Of a stretch of 46,383 nt of DNA, positions 17,229 through 26,346 are shown in pieces (within the stretch, counting starts at the first letter, position 1; every line of letters begins with the position of its first letter). Under the pieces are notes generated by a model that had not been told where the DNA came from, searched no databases, and saw only the letters and a list, made by a program, of their open reading frames with translations. Source of the DNA: Candidatus Magasanikbacteria bacterium CG1_02_41_34 (GTDB lineage Bacteria; Patescibacteriota; Patescibacteriia; Magasanikbacterales; UBA922); assembly GCA_001871445.1 (NCBI GenBank), contig MNVD01000022.1, forward strand, positions 1 through 46,383. The letters run 5' to 3'. Both the position numbers and the translations under genes were made by a program.

Positions 17229-17378
17229 TATCACGAAACACATAGCACGTAACACGTAACAAAAAAAGTGTTGAAGATAGATTTTTGTGATAACATAAGA
17301 ATGTCGGTTTTTAAAATTAACTTTGATACGTACATACATAGTGCATGAAGAAGTGATATGTGTTACGTGCTACGTGAA
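17229..17378. repeat. Forward and reverse heptamer arrays with about 90-nt spacer
   Basis: TATCACG AAACACA TAGCACG TAACACG TAACAAA (17229-17263) ... GTGATA TGTGTTA CGTGCTA CGTGAA (17353-17378). Confidence 0.9.
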
Positions 17379-17383
17379 AAAAT

Positions 17384-19093
17384 ATGACGCCAAACTTTAT
17401 AAACACAAAACAATCATTCATCTACGCACTTCTTGTCTTCGGATTGTTTTTGTTTCCGCAGCGTGTTTTTACTGCACTGCCAACGCCAGTGACGACGACC
17501 CCGGAATCCAAGTACACGTTCTATACATATATCTCAACCTGTAGCGATACGGACAAAGTATTTCCTGGTGAGTTTACAGGTAACAAGGCTAGTCAAAGTA
17601 AAAAAGTGGGTATTGTCGTTCCTAGGAGTATACCTCACAGCGAAATTACGTATATTTATTTTCATGGGAATGATGAGTTACCTGTTGAAGATATCTGTAA
17701 TGGATCACGATATAAGATATGTGATACTGCTGTTGCATTGGGAGCCCCGATGATTATTCCACAAACTGCGGTAAATGGTTCTTCAAAAAAAACAACGCGT
17801 ACTACCAAAGAAGAATTCGAATGTGTTATGAATGAAGCATACGATGTCTTGGTTTCAAAAGGTATTTCTTCACAAAAAAATTATATTGTGGCAGGGCATA
17901 GTGGTGGTGCATTTACGATGAGTAGTTATTTTATTGCAGGTTTGATAGCGCAAAAGGCGATTGTACTAGATGGATGTTATGTGACAGATCCTCCAAATCC
18001 AAATCCACCGGCAAATTTCTGTCAGGATATTATTGCCAATTTTGCTGGTCCTGTAGATTTTTATTATCAGACCCTTTCTAGTTCTGGTGAAACAGCTGGG
18101 ACACGAGTTGAAACTCTAAAAACTGTTGCCATAGCACACCCTGGTGGAGCTCTCACTGCAAAAAAAGTAAACCTTACACATTATCAACTTCCTACTGCCT
18201 GTCTCAAAGACGCTACTACTTGTGAAAATCATGTAGTAGTGGACAGTGGTACTAGTGGTGGTGACACTTCTTCTGGGGGGGCATCGGGTGGAACATCTTC
18301 TGGTGGCACGACGGCACCAAAAGGACCAACGTACACAGGCAACGAGCTTCCTATTCATACGGTTGAGCTTGTCAATCCTATAAAAGGAAATGTTACAGAT
18401 TTCCGTATTATTTTTGGAAATGTTGTTCAAAAGCTCATGGCAATTATTGGAGCTGTTACACTGGTCGTCTTCATCATTGGTGGTGCATATTGGCTCCTCT
18501 CTGCCGGCAATCCAGAGCGCGTCAAAAAGGGTACCGAAACTATGGTCTGGGCTGCGATAGGATTGTTTGTTGTCTTTGGGGCGTATGGAATTTTGAGTGC
18601 AGTGATTGGAGGGTTGACGGGGAGATCTGTAGTGGATAGTGGTGCGCCGACAAATTCGAGTGATGTTCATCTCATCACTGGGTATGTAAAAATTATCAAT
18701 CAAAAAACCCTTATCATGTCTGAACCAAAATCAAATGTCACGGCAAAGGGAACATTGAATCCTAATACGGATTGTGTGCCCGTAACAGGAAAAAAACAAA
18801 ATGGGTTTTCAGAAGTAAGAGATCCAAAAAATCTTGCATTGTATGGCTGGGTACTCGATGGATCTATTGTACAAACAACAGCTCAATGTGGAGGAGATCA
18901 GTCTACCGCTCCTTCTCAAGATACACAAAATACAGGAAAGTGCGTCTGCACTATCAAAGATGATACGACGGGTGATACCTCACAAACAGCTATTCCAAAT
19001 GTAGATAGTCCAGCAGAATGTGTAACTACATCATTGCAAAGTCCTATTGTTGGAACAAGTATTAGTGGTTGTTCTTGGCAAACAACAAATTAA
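17384..19093 (+). CDS. Pilin-domain fusion: alpha/beta-hydrolase-like domain, G/S linker, VirB2-like pilin, C-terminal domain
   Basis: IYFHG, VAGHSGGA nucleophile elbow and VLDG; then FIIGGAYWLLSAGNPERVKKGTETMVWAAIG. Confidence 0.75.
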   Translation: MTPNFINTKQSFIYALLVFGLFLFPQRVFTALPTPVTTTPESKYTFYTYISTCSDTDKVFPGEFTGNKASQSKKVGIVVPRSIPHSEITYIYFHGNDELPVEDICNGSRYKICDTAVALGAPMIIPQTAVNGSSKKTTRTTKEEFECVMNEAYDVLVSKGISSQKNYIVAGHSGGAFTMSSYFIAGLIAQKAIVLDGCYVTDPPNPNPPANFCQDIIANFAGPVDFYYQTLSSSGETAGTRVETLKTVAIAHPGGALTAKKVNLTHYQLPTACLKDATTCENHVVVDSGTSGGDTSSGGASGGTSSGGTTAPKGPTYTGNELPIHTVELVNPIKGNVTDFRIIFGNVVQKLMAIIGAVTLVVFIIGGAYWLLSAGNPERVKKGTETMVWAAIGLFVVFGAYGILSAVIGGLTGRSVVDSGAPTNSSDVHLITGYVKIINQKTLIMSEPKSNVTAKGTLNPNTDCVPVTGKKQNGFSEVRDPKNLALYGWVLDGSIVQTTAQCGGDQSTAPSQDTQNTGKCVCTIKDDTTGDTSQTAIPNVDSPAECVTTSLQSPIVGTSISGCSWQTTN

Positions 19094-19196
19094 TATACCC
19101 ATGTGGAAAACAATGTGACAGTACCTGCGAATACTGATACAATACTGTTACACGAATGTGTATCCTTATCTTAATGACAGAAAGGAGGTGACACTC

Positions 19197-19640
19197 ATGA
19201 AAAAAATTATTGTAAAACTTTCACAGTATAGAACAACATTGATGCTTGCAGCTGCAGTATTGATGTCATTTGCGTTCTTGCCATCTATGGCATCTGCAAA
19301 TGGTGTATCTCCACTCGCAGCAAGTTCAAGTTTTGGTCTTGGTCAGAATGACCCTGCTGCTAGCCTTGGTCTTGGTACAACTGCACTTGACGATGCTGTC
19401 GTAGGTCTTATCAATGTAATGCTCGGATTTCTTGGTTTGATTGCTGTTGTCATCATCCTGATCGGTGGTTTCCGTTGGATGACTGCTGGTGGAAATGAAG
19501 ACAAAGTTGGTCAAGCACGAAAAACGATCTTTGCAGGTATTATTGGTCTCGCGATCATTCTCTTTGCTTGGGGTATTACGATTTTTGTTGTCCAGCAACT
19601 TGGAAAAGCTTCTGGAGCTGAAGAATTCCAAACTCTTTAG
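19197..19640 (+). CDS. VirB2/TrbC-like pilin (probable major subunit)
   Basis: Full SD GAAAGGAGGTGA at 19180-19191; signal ..MASA; LIGGFRWMTAGGNEDKVGQARKTIFAGIIG. Confidence 0.88.
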   Translation: MKKIIVKLSQYRTTLMLAAAVLMSFAFLPSMASANGVSPLAASSSFGLGQNDPAASLGLGTTALDDAVVGLINVMLGFLGLIAVVIILIGGFRWMTAGGNEDKVGQARKTIFAGIIGLAIILFAWGITIFVVQQLGKASGAEEFQTL

Positions 19641-19652
19641 TACTATATTGCC

Positions 19653-19686
19653 TATACGAGACCTTGCGTGTGCAGGGTCTCGTATA
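19653..19686 (+). other. 15-bp hairpin after the probable major pilin, no U tract
   Basis: TATACGAGACCTTGC-GTGT-GCAGGGTCTCGTATA. Confidence 0.75.
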
Positions 19687-19747
19687 CCGCAAGGTTGTAC
19701 ATTTTCCCGTGAATAGTATTCAAAAGAAAGTGTATAATCATCTTTTT

Positions 19748-20134
19748 ATGAAACGAACTCTTGTCTTTCTCACTCTCCTTATTGTTGGATTTTTTGGACT
19801 TATGCATGCATTTCCTGTGTTTGCTGCTGACCCACTGGGTGTCAATTATGGTGCAGCCAGTGGACTCTCTGGTCAGGACCTTCGTGTGAGTATCGCACGG
19901 GTGATCAAGTTTATATTGAGTTTTCTTGGTATTATTTTTGTCATCCTCACACTCTATGCAGGCTTCATGTGGATGACATCTGCCGGCAATGAAGATAGAG
20001 TTGGTACAGCAAAGAAAATTCTCTGGGGCGCGATTATCGGCCTGGCTATCATATTGTTTTCCTATGCGATCACCCAGTTTGTGATTACAAATTTGTACGA
20101 AGTGTCGACAAGTCAGTCGTATACTACACCATAA
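19748..20134 (+). CDS. VirB2/TrbC-like pilin
   Basis: Signal ..PVFA; LYAGFMWMTSAGNEDRVGTAKKILWGAIIG. Confidence 0.85.
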   Translation: MKRTLVFLTLLIVGFFGLMHAFPVFAADPLGVNYGAASGLSGQDLRVSIARVIKFILSFLGIIFVILTLYAGFMWMTSAGNEDRVGTAKKILWGAIIGLAIILFSYAITQFVITNLYEVSTSQSYTTP

Positions 20135-20172
20135 ACAATAAGCAATAAACAATTTTCTTATTACGTATTACA
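20132..20172 (+). repeat. Short heptamer arrays (TAAACAA and TATTACG types)
   Basis: TAAACAA TAAGCAA TAAACAA begins at the stop codon; TATTACG TATTACA lies just before ATG 20178. Confidence 0.55.
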
Positions 20173-20177
20173 AATTT

Positions 20178-20936
20178 ATGAAACGCCTGTTATCTTTTTC
20201 CATGTTTCTCTTTGGTGCAGTGATGCTGCTTTCTCCAACACTTGTTTTTGGGGTTGATGATTCATATGGACTCAATGCAACTGCCGAGGCAGCACATCTC
20301 ACAAAATATGGCAAAGACGTGCCGGCACTTATCGGAAATGTTATTGGTACATTGTTGTCACTTGTGTCTGTCATCTTTTTTATTCTCATGATCTATGGTG
20401 GTCTCAGATGGATGCTGTCACGTGGAAATGAAGACCAGAGCAAAAAAGCACTTGATACGATTATTGCCGCAATTATTGGTATTATCATCGTCCTCGCATC
20501 CTACGCGATTACCACGTTTGTGTTCAATAGTGTGGGATCTGCTGCCGCTGGTGGTGGTGGGCCTAAGCCTCCACCTGGACTCACGTGGTGTTTGACTGCA
20601 GAAAATCAGTGTGTTCAGGGAAATGGAGGCGGGTGTACAAATCCACAACCTTCTGAGACTGCTTGTTTGGCTGCAAAAGCACAAGCAAAAACGCCGATTG
20701 GGGGAACGTGTGGAGCGGCGACAGAGTGTACGTCTGAAGTGTGTACTGGTGGAGTGTGTGTGGCAGCTGTCGATGCAAGTATCTGTACTAATGGTGGAAC
20801 AGTATGTCCAACTGGACAAACGTGTAATACCGTTACAAAAGAATGTTTGTTAGACAGTCAGATAGATTGTACGCAGCCAGGATTATCTTGTCCATCTGGA
20901 AAAACGTGTGATTTGGCTACAAAAGCGTGTGTATAA
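20178..20936 (+). CDS. VirB2-like pilin with Cys-rich C-terminal repeats
   Basis: IYGGLRWMLSRGNEDQSKKA core followed by repeated C..C modules (CPTGQTC, CPSGKTC). Confidence 0.85.
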   Translation: MKRLLSFSMFLFGAVMLLSPTLVFGVDDSYGLNATAEAAHLTKYGKDVPALIGNVIGTLLSLVSVIFFILMIYGGLRWMLSRGNEDQSKKALDTIIAAIIGIIIVLASYAITTFVFNSVGSAAAGGGGPKPPPGLTWCLTAENQCVQGNGGGCTNPQPSETACLAAKAQAKTPIGGTCGAATECTSEVCTGGVCVAAVDASICTNGGTVCPTGQTCNTVTKECLLDSQIDCTQPGLSCPSGKTCDLATKACV

Positions 20937-20960
20937 AATTGGGCGATAAATACGTAATAC

Positions 20961-21629
20961 ATGAATTTCCATATTAAAAAAATTTCTTTTTTTCTCGTCA
21001 TTTTCTTTTTTTGTCTTCCGAGTATTGTTTATGCCAAAAAAACAGTCGATGATGCACCTACCCTCCTCAACGCTGTAGCAGGCAAAGTCGGTGTAGAACA
21101 AACAACCGTACCCTTATATGTAGGGACAATTATTCAAACTATCCTAGTGTTTAGTGGCATACTGTTTTTTGTGCTCATGGTATATGCTGGATTTCGGTGG
21201 ATGACTGCGCGTGGAGAAGAAGAAAAAATTACCAAAGCAAAGCGTACACTCATCGGCGCTATCATTGGTCTTGCTATTCTGGTCTCATCATACGCGCTGA
21301 CCAACTTCATTACGACACGAATCATTGAGGGAACACCAAATGTAGGCGGAGATATCAATTTTGAAAATGTAGATTTTACAACACTCGGGTGTTGTTTTGA
21401 TAAAGTGCAACATCCTTCGGGATCTGGTTTGGAAGTGCGTGCCACGACTTGGGCATGGCGTGTCACCTCACAGGGAGATTGCCAAGAAGAAGGAGAGCGT
21501 GTCAGTTCTATTGATGCTATAGCCGGACCTGGTTTGTGGAAGTTCACGCCCGTAGATTCAAAACAACAATGTGAAGCACTGTATACCACCTTTTGTGAGA
21601 CGGAAGATTGCTATGATTTGGGATTTTGA
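20961..21629 (+). CDS. VirB2-like pilin with C-terminal Cys-containing domain
   Basis: VYAGFRWMTARGEEEKITKAKRTLIGAIIG. Confidence 0.85.
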   Translation: MNFHIKKISFFLVIFFFCLPSIVYAKKTVDDAPTLLNAVAGKVGVEQTTVPLYVGTIIQTILVFSGILFFVLMVYAGFRWMTARGEEEKITKAKRTLIGAIIGLAILVSSYALTNFITTRIIEGTPNVGGDINFENVDFTTLGCCFDKVQHPSGSGLEVRATTWAWRVTSQGDCQEEGERVSSIDAIAGPGLWKFTPVDSKQQCEALYTTFCETEDCYDLGF

Positions 21630-21727
21630 GAATGAGTGAATTTGGGGTATACTTGTTGTACTGTACAAATTACAAATATCGTTGGTAACGAGCTTACGTT
21701 CATCACCCTTTTCTTACTTGGTTTGTT

Positions 21728-22093
21728 ATGAAGTATACAAAAACATTTCTTACAGCTCCTTTGCTCTCTTTATTTACGGCACTCCCAGCATACGCACAGG
21801 GGAGTCTCAAAGATGCAGGAAAAAATCTTGGCATAGTCTCTACAAAAGCTGGTACATCAGAATCTGATATTGGGAGTGTGGTTGGTATTGTTATCAACGC
21901 CGCTTTGACACTTGTTGGACTCATTTTTCTTGCTCTCATGGTCTATGCTGGGTATCTCTGGATGACTGCGCGTGGAGAAAGTGAGCCTGTCGACAAAGCA
22001 AAAAAAATCATTGCCGGATCAATCATTGGGCTTGTGATTGTGATGAGTGCGTATGCAATTACAGTCTTTGTAACCACAGGATTTACAAAATAA
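21728..22093 (+). CDS. VirB2/TrbC-like pilin
   Basis: Signal ..PAYA; VYAGYLWMTARGESEPVDKAKKII. Confidence 0.87.
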   Translation: MKYTKTFLTAPLLSLFTALPAYAQGSLKDAGKNLGIVSTKAGTSESDIGSVVGIVINAALTLVGLIFLALMVYAGYLWMTARGESEPVDKAKKIIAGSIIGLVIVMSAYAITVFVTTGFTK

Positions 22094-22097
22094 TACT

Positions 22098-22478
22098 ATG
22101 AAACGTTTTATTGTCTTTACTGTCTCGCTCGCGTTTTTTCTCGGTGTTGTTTCAAATGCCTATGCGATAGATCTTGGAAATAATTATGTGAACTCTGCGG
22201 CAAATAAAGCTGGGTATGCTTCAAATACAGACCAAACCACACTTGCAGCAACACTTGGTACTGTCGTCAAAACAGCATTATCTTTTGTTGGAATAATTTT
22301 TCTTTCGCTCATGGTCTATGCTGGATTTCTTTGGATGACCGCACGTGGAGAAAGCGAGCCTGTCGACAAAGCGAAAAAAATTATTATTCAGTCGATCATT
22401 GGTCTGGCTATTACTGTCGGAGCATACAGTATTACAGCATTTGTCGTCCCTGCTGTATTGTCACGAACTGCACAGTAA
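22098..22478 (+). CDS. VirB2/TrbC-like pilin
   Basis: Signal ..NAYA; VYAGFLWMTARGESEPVDKAKKII. Confidence 0.87.
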   Translation: MKRFIVFTVSLAFFLGVVSNAYAIDLGNNYVNSAANKAGYASNTDQTTLAATLGTVVKTALSFVGIIFLSLMVYAGFLWMTARGESEPVDKAKKIIIQSIIGLAITVGAYSITAFVVPAVLSRTAQ

Positions 22479-22532
22479 TACCCTACTACAGGTAGGCTTT
22501 CCTGTACATGAGATGATGAGTCCTTTTGACAT

Positions 22533-23006
22533 ATGCGTAACATCTTAGCAAAACATATCTTGATTAAAAGTCTTCTACTCGTTGGCATGTTTTCTCTGTA
22601 TGTTGGCTCTCCCGTATTTGCCCAGACACTTAGCAAAGATATTACTACTCAGATAGATGCAGCAGGCCATAAGGCTGGCATTTATACAACATCTACTCCA
22701 GCAGAATTTTTTGGCTCTTTTATTCAAATTATACTGAGCATTACTGGAATGCTCTTTTTTGTACTGCTCATCTATGGCGGATATGTGAGGATGACTGCTC
22801 ACGGAGAAGACGATCGTTTGAAAAAATCTACAAAGACTATGGTGGCAGCACTGCTCGGACTTACGATTGTGTTACTTTCCTATGCAATTACAAAATTTGT
22901 GCTCCCTCGTATCTACAACGCATCAAGGGTTGAACCTGTATATCAAGAAAACAATGATTCACCAAATACGATATACCAAAAAAGTATTGATATAAAACTT
23001 TTCTAG
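22533..23006 (+). CDS. VirB2/TrbC-like pilin
   Basis: Signal ..PVFA; IYGGYVRMTAHGEDDRLKKSTKTMVAALLG. Confidence 0.83.
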   Translation: MRNILAKHILIKSLLLVGMFSLYVGSPVFAQTLSKDITTQIDAAGHKAGIYTTSTPAEFFGSFIQIILSITGMLFFVLLIYGGYVRMTAHGEDDRLKKSTKTMVAALLGLTIVLLSYAITKFVLPRIYNASRVEPVYQENNDSPNTIYQKSIDIKLF

Positions 23007-23010
23007 TTAT

Positions 23011-23532
23011 ATGAAAATTCGGTTTATTGCCTTTGCATGTATTGTTGCGACTATGGGAAGTATTCCTTTTTTTGTGTATGCTGCTCCTGCATCAGATGCA
23101 TTCCTGATGGAAGGACAAGTGGACTTTAATAATACTGAGGTCAATAAACAAACACAGGCATTCACAGGAACAAAAGGTGCTGATCTTGGACGTGTCAGTG
23201 ATATCCGCATCGTGATTGCCTCGACGATCCAAAAATTTCTTGTGGTACTTGGGACGCTCTTTCTGGTCTATATGATTTATGCTGGGTACCTGATTTTGAC
23301 CTCAGCGGGGATAGAGGAACGAGTAGAAAAAGGAAAAAGTATATTGCGAAATGCAATTATTGGACTTATCATTATTTTGTTTTCGTACGCGGCGACATGG
23401 TTTGTGCGCTGGCTCTTTCTTGCAACTGGGGATGAGGCGTATAAAAATTGTGTTCCCTATACGATTGATTATAATGGTGATCCACTTGATGCAAGTGGCA
23501 ATCTTATTGATAATCCACAAAATGGTTGTTAA
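23011..23532 (+). CDS. VirB2/TrbC-like pilin
   Basis: Signal ..FVYA; IYAGYLILTSAGIEERVEKGKSILRNAIIG. Confidence 0.83.
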   Translation: MKIRFIAFACIVATMGSIPFFVYAAPASDAFLMEGQVDFNNTEVNKQTQAFTGTKGADLGRVSDIRIVIASTIQKFLVVLGTLFLVYMIYAGYLILTSAGIEERVEKGKSILRNAIIGLIIILFSYAATWFVRWLFLATGDEAYKNCVPYTIDYNGDPLDASGNLIDNPQNGC

Positions 23533-23601
23533 CACACATACATTGATTGACGAAGACAGGATGGTACTATATCCTGTCTTTTGTATGCAAGTATCTTTCT
23601 T

Positions 23602-24363
23602 ATGAAAACGTTCAATTCACATATCGATGTTTCTATTGTCATCCCTGCGCGAAACGAGGAGGAATTTTTGCCGGCGTGTCTTGCTGCAATTGATGTTCAA
23701 GAAACGGATGCACAACTTGAAATAATTGTTGTTGATAATGGATCAACGGACAAAACAGCACTCATCGCAGAAGGGCATGGTATACAGGTAATATATGAAC
23801 CAATCGCGGGAGTAGGGCGTGCTCGTGCGCATGGTACGCGTGTTGCTCGTGGAACGTATGTGTTGCATATTGATGCCGATACAAGACTCCCAAAGATATA
23901 TATAAAAGAGGCACTTACACGTTTTTCTACAGATGCATCCCTTGTGTGTCTGGGAGGAAGAATGCGCTGGTATGATGCAGGAAAGATGTACAATGCGGTA
24001 TGTTGGTCGTTTCACATGGTATTTGCCCCTATCGTTCGCTTTTTGACACGTGGTGCGCTTGGTCCTATTGGCAACAATATGATGTTTCTAAAGCGTGTGT
24101 ATGACAAAACGACAGGCTTTGATACCGAAGTAAACTTTGGGGAAGATGCTGATATTGCCAAAAAGCTTCATGCATATGGGAAAGTACGTCTAGATTTGTC
24201 ACTTGTCTGTGATACGTCTTCCCGAAGATTCCGGACATTCAGGGATATTGCTAGACATATCATTAATACTACGTATTTGTGTTTGAATAAAGCTATTCCC
24301 TACAATTATCTTTCTCCTTCGACATGGCGCAAAGCAAAAAAGACATCCTCCATTGACAAATAG
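23602..24363 (+). CDS. Glycosyltransferase family 2
   Basis: SIVIPARNEE, VVDNGSTD, DAD and GED motifs. Start taken at MKTF. Confidence 0.92.
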   Translation: MKTFNSHIDVSIVIPARNEEEFLPACLAAIDVQETDAQLEIIVVDNGSTDKTALIAEGHGIQVIYEPIAGVGRARAHGTRVARGTYVLHIDADTRLPKIYIKEALTRFSTDASLVCLGGRMRWYDAGKMYNAVCWSFHMVFAPIVRFLTRGALGPIGNNMMFLKRVYDKTTGFDTEVNFGEDADIAKKLHAYGKVRLDLSLVCDTSSRRFRTFRDIARHIINTTYLCLNKAIPYNYLSPSTWRKAKKTSSIDK

Positions 24364-24381
24364 CGTATCTGTGCTTATACT
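24353..24381 (+). promoter_or_regulatory. Sigma70 promoter for ftsH
   Basis: TTGACA-17 nt-TATACT. Confidence 0.75.
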
Positions 24382-24412
24382 AACATAACTGTTTTTTGAC
24401 CATTCATTTTAT

Positions 24413-26251
24413 ATGAAACAGCTTTTGAAGAATTTTGCCCTTGTTTTCCTTGTGTTGTTTATTGCAGCAGGTCTCTGGGGTTTTGCCGAATATGGTAAAA
24501 CAAAACTGGAAACCGTAGGGATCAATCGTCTCGTTACTGAGATAAAAAATGATCAGGTATCCAAGATAGAAGTACAAGGGAGTACTATCCATGCGACGCT
24601 GGACAATTCGGAGGAAACACAACTTGAAGTACGAAAAGAATCAGGACAACCTTTCTCTGAACTCATGCAAACATATGGTGTGACCGCAGAGGAGCTTGCC
24701 ATGATTGGTGATGTACAGATAAAAGAACAATCAGGCTTTCTTTTTTGGATAGCCATGCTTGCACCATATCTATTGCCATTGCTTCTTATTATTGGTCTTC
24801 TCTTTTTCATGACACGTCAGGCGAGCGGTATGAACAATAAGGCAATGGGATTTGGGCAAAGTAGTGCTCGACAGGCAAAACCGGATGACAAAGACAAAAA
24901 AACATTCAAAGATGTAGCAGGAGCTGCAGAAGCAAAAGAAGAACTTGAAGAAATTGTAGATTTTCTCAAGGACCCAAAGAAATTTGCAGACATGGGAGCA
25001 AAAATTCCAAAAGGCGTGCTCCTCATGGGGGCTCCTGGAACAGGAAAAACACTTTTGGCAAAAGCAGTGGCTGGTGAAGCTGGTGTACCATTTTTTCATA
25101 TCTCTGGTTCTGAATTTGTAGAAATGTTTGTTGGTGTTGGTGCATCTCGTGTGCGAGATCTTTTTAGTAAAGCAAAAAAAGAAGCACCAGCAATTATTTT
25201 TGTAGATGAAATTGATGCTGTTGGCCGAAAACGAGGATCAGGACTTGGAGGATCTCATGATGAACGAGAACAAACACTCAATCAAATTCTCGTTGAGATG
25301 GATGGATTTGATCCAAATATTGGTGTCATTGTTATGGCTGCTACGAATAGACCTGATGTTCTTGATTCAGCATTGCTCAGACCTGGTCGATTTGATCGAC
25401 GGGTGACGATCAGCAAGCCTGATATCAAAGATCGTGAAGCAATATTACAAGTGCATGCTGCCAACAAGCCATTTGAAAAAGATGTAGACCTCAAAAATTT
25501 GGCAGAGCGAACTCCTGGATTTACTGGAGCAGATCTTGCAAATCTTCTCAACGAAGCAGCCATTTATGCAGTAAGAAAACAAAAAAAGACGATCAATCAA
25601 GATGATATTTTGGAAAGTATTGAAAAAGTATTGCTTGGTCCGCAAAAACGATCGAGGGTAATGAGCAAAAAAGAACGTGAGATGACAGCGTATCATGAGG
25701 CAGGGCATGCTATTGTTGGACATTTTCTCGAGCATGCGGATCCTATTCGAAAAGTTTCTATTATTGGTCGTGGTACAGCAGGAGGGTATACACTTTCGAT
25801 GCCGACAGAAGATATTAGCTACAAAACAATTGCTATGTTCAAAGATGATATGGCAATGGCGATGGGTGGATTTGTGGCAGAGCGGATGATCTATGGACAT
25901 GAGTCTCTCAGTACTGGCCCAAGTAGTGATCTGAAGAGTGCTACACAGTCAGCAAAAGCGATGGTCCTTCGGTACGGTATGAGTGACAAGCTTGGACCAC
26001 GCGATTTTGGACAAAATGAAGAAATGATTTTCTTGGCGCAAGAAATTCATGAACAAAAAAATTATAGTGAAAAAACAGCTGAACTTATTGATAATGAAAT
26101 CAGTGCATTACTCACAGAAGCACGTGAGCGAGCAGAGCAGACGCTGACAGATAAGCGAGATAAAATGGAGGCACTTGTACAACTATTGCTCGAAAAGGAA
26201 ACTGTTGAGGAAGAAGATTTTCGTGCTATCATGGAAGGAAAAAAAGTTTAA
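24413..26251 (+). CDS. ftsH: ATP-dependent zinc metalloprotease FtsH
   Basis: Two TM helices, [23 protein letters not shown] and HEAGH. Confidence 0.97.
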   Translation: MKQLLKNFALVFLVLFIAAGLWGFAEYGKTKLETVGINRLVTEIKNDQVSKIEVQGSTIHATLDNSEETQLEVRKESGQPFSELMQTYGVTAEELAMIGDVQIKEQSGFLFWIAMLAPYLLPLLLIIGLLFFMTRQASGMNNKAMGFGQSSARQAKPDDKDKKTFKDVAGAAEAKEELEEIVDFLKDPKKFADMGAKIPKGVLLMGAPGTGKTLLAKAVAGEAGVPFFHISGSEFVEMFVGVGASRVRDLFSKAKKEAPAIIFVDEIDAVGRKRGSGLGGSHDEREQTLNQILVEMDGFDPNIGVIVMAATNRPDVLDSALLRPGRFDRRVTISKPDIKDREAILQVHAANKPFEKDVDLKNLAERTPGFTGADLANLLNEAAIYAVRKQKKTINQDDILESIEKVLLGPQKRSRVMSKKEREMTAYHEAGHAIVGHFLEHADPIRKVSIIGRGTAGGYTLSMPTEDISYKTIAMFKDDMAMAMGGFVAERMIYGHESLSTGPSSDLKSATQSAKAMVLRYGMSDKLGPRDFGQNEEMIFLAQEIHEQKNYSEKTAELIDNEISALLTEARERAEQTLTDKRDKMEALVQLLLEKETVEEEDFRAIMEGKKV

Positions 26252-26266
26252 TAGATATTAACACAT

Positions 26267-26300
26267 AAAAACACCTCGTCATATCAACGAGGTGTTTTTT
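26267..26300 (+). terminator. Intrinsic terminator
   Basis: AAAAACACCTCGT-loop-ACGAGGTGTTTTTT. Confidence 0.8.
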
Positions 26301-26346
26301 CGTTTTTGGTTCTATGCTATACTTGGTCTATAGTATATTTCATCTT

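Noticed and set aside
18244-18310. GGT/TCT-rich repeat as a DNA element
   Set aside because: Explained by a Gly/Ser/Thr protein linker.
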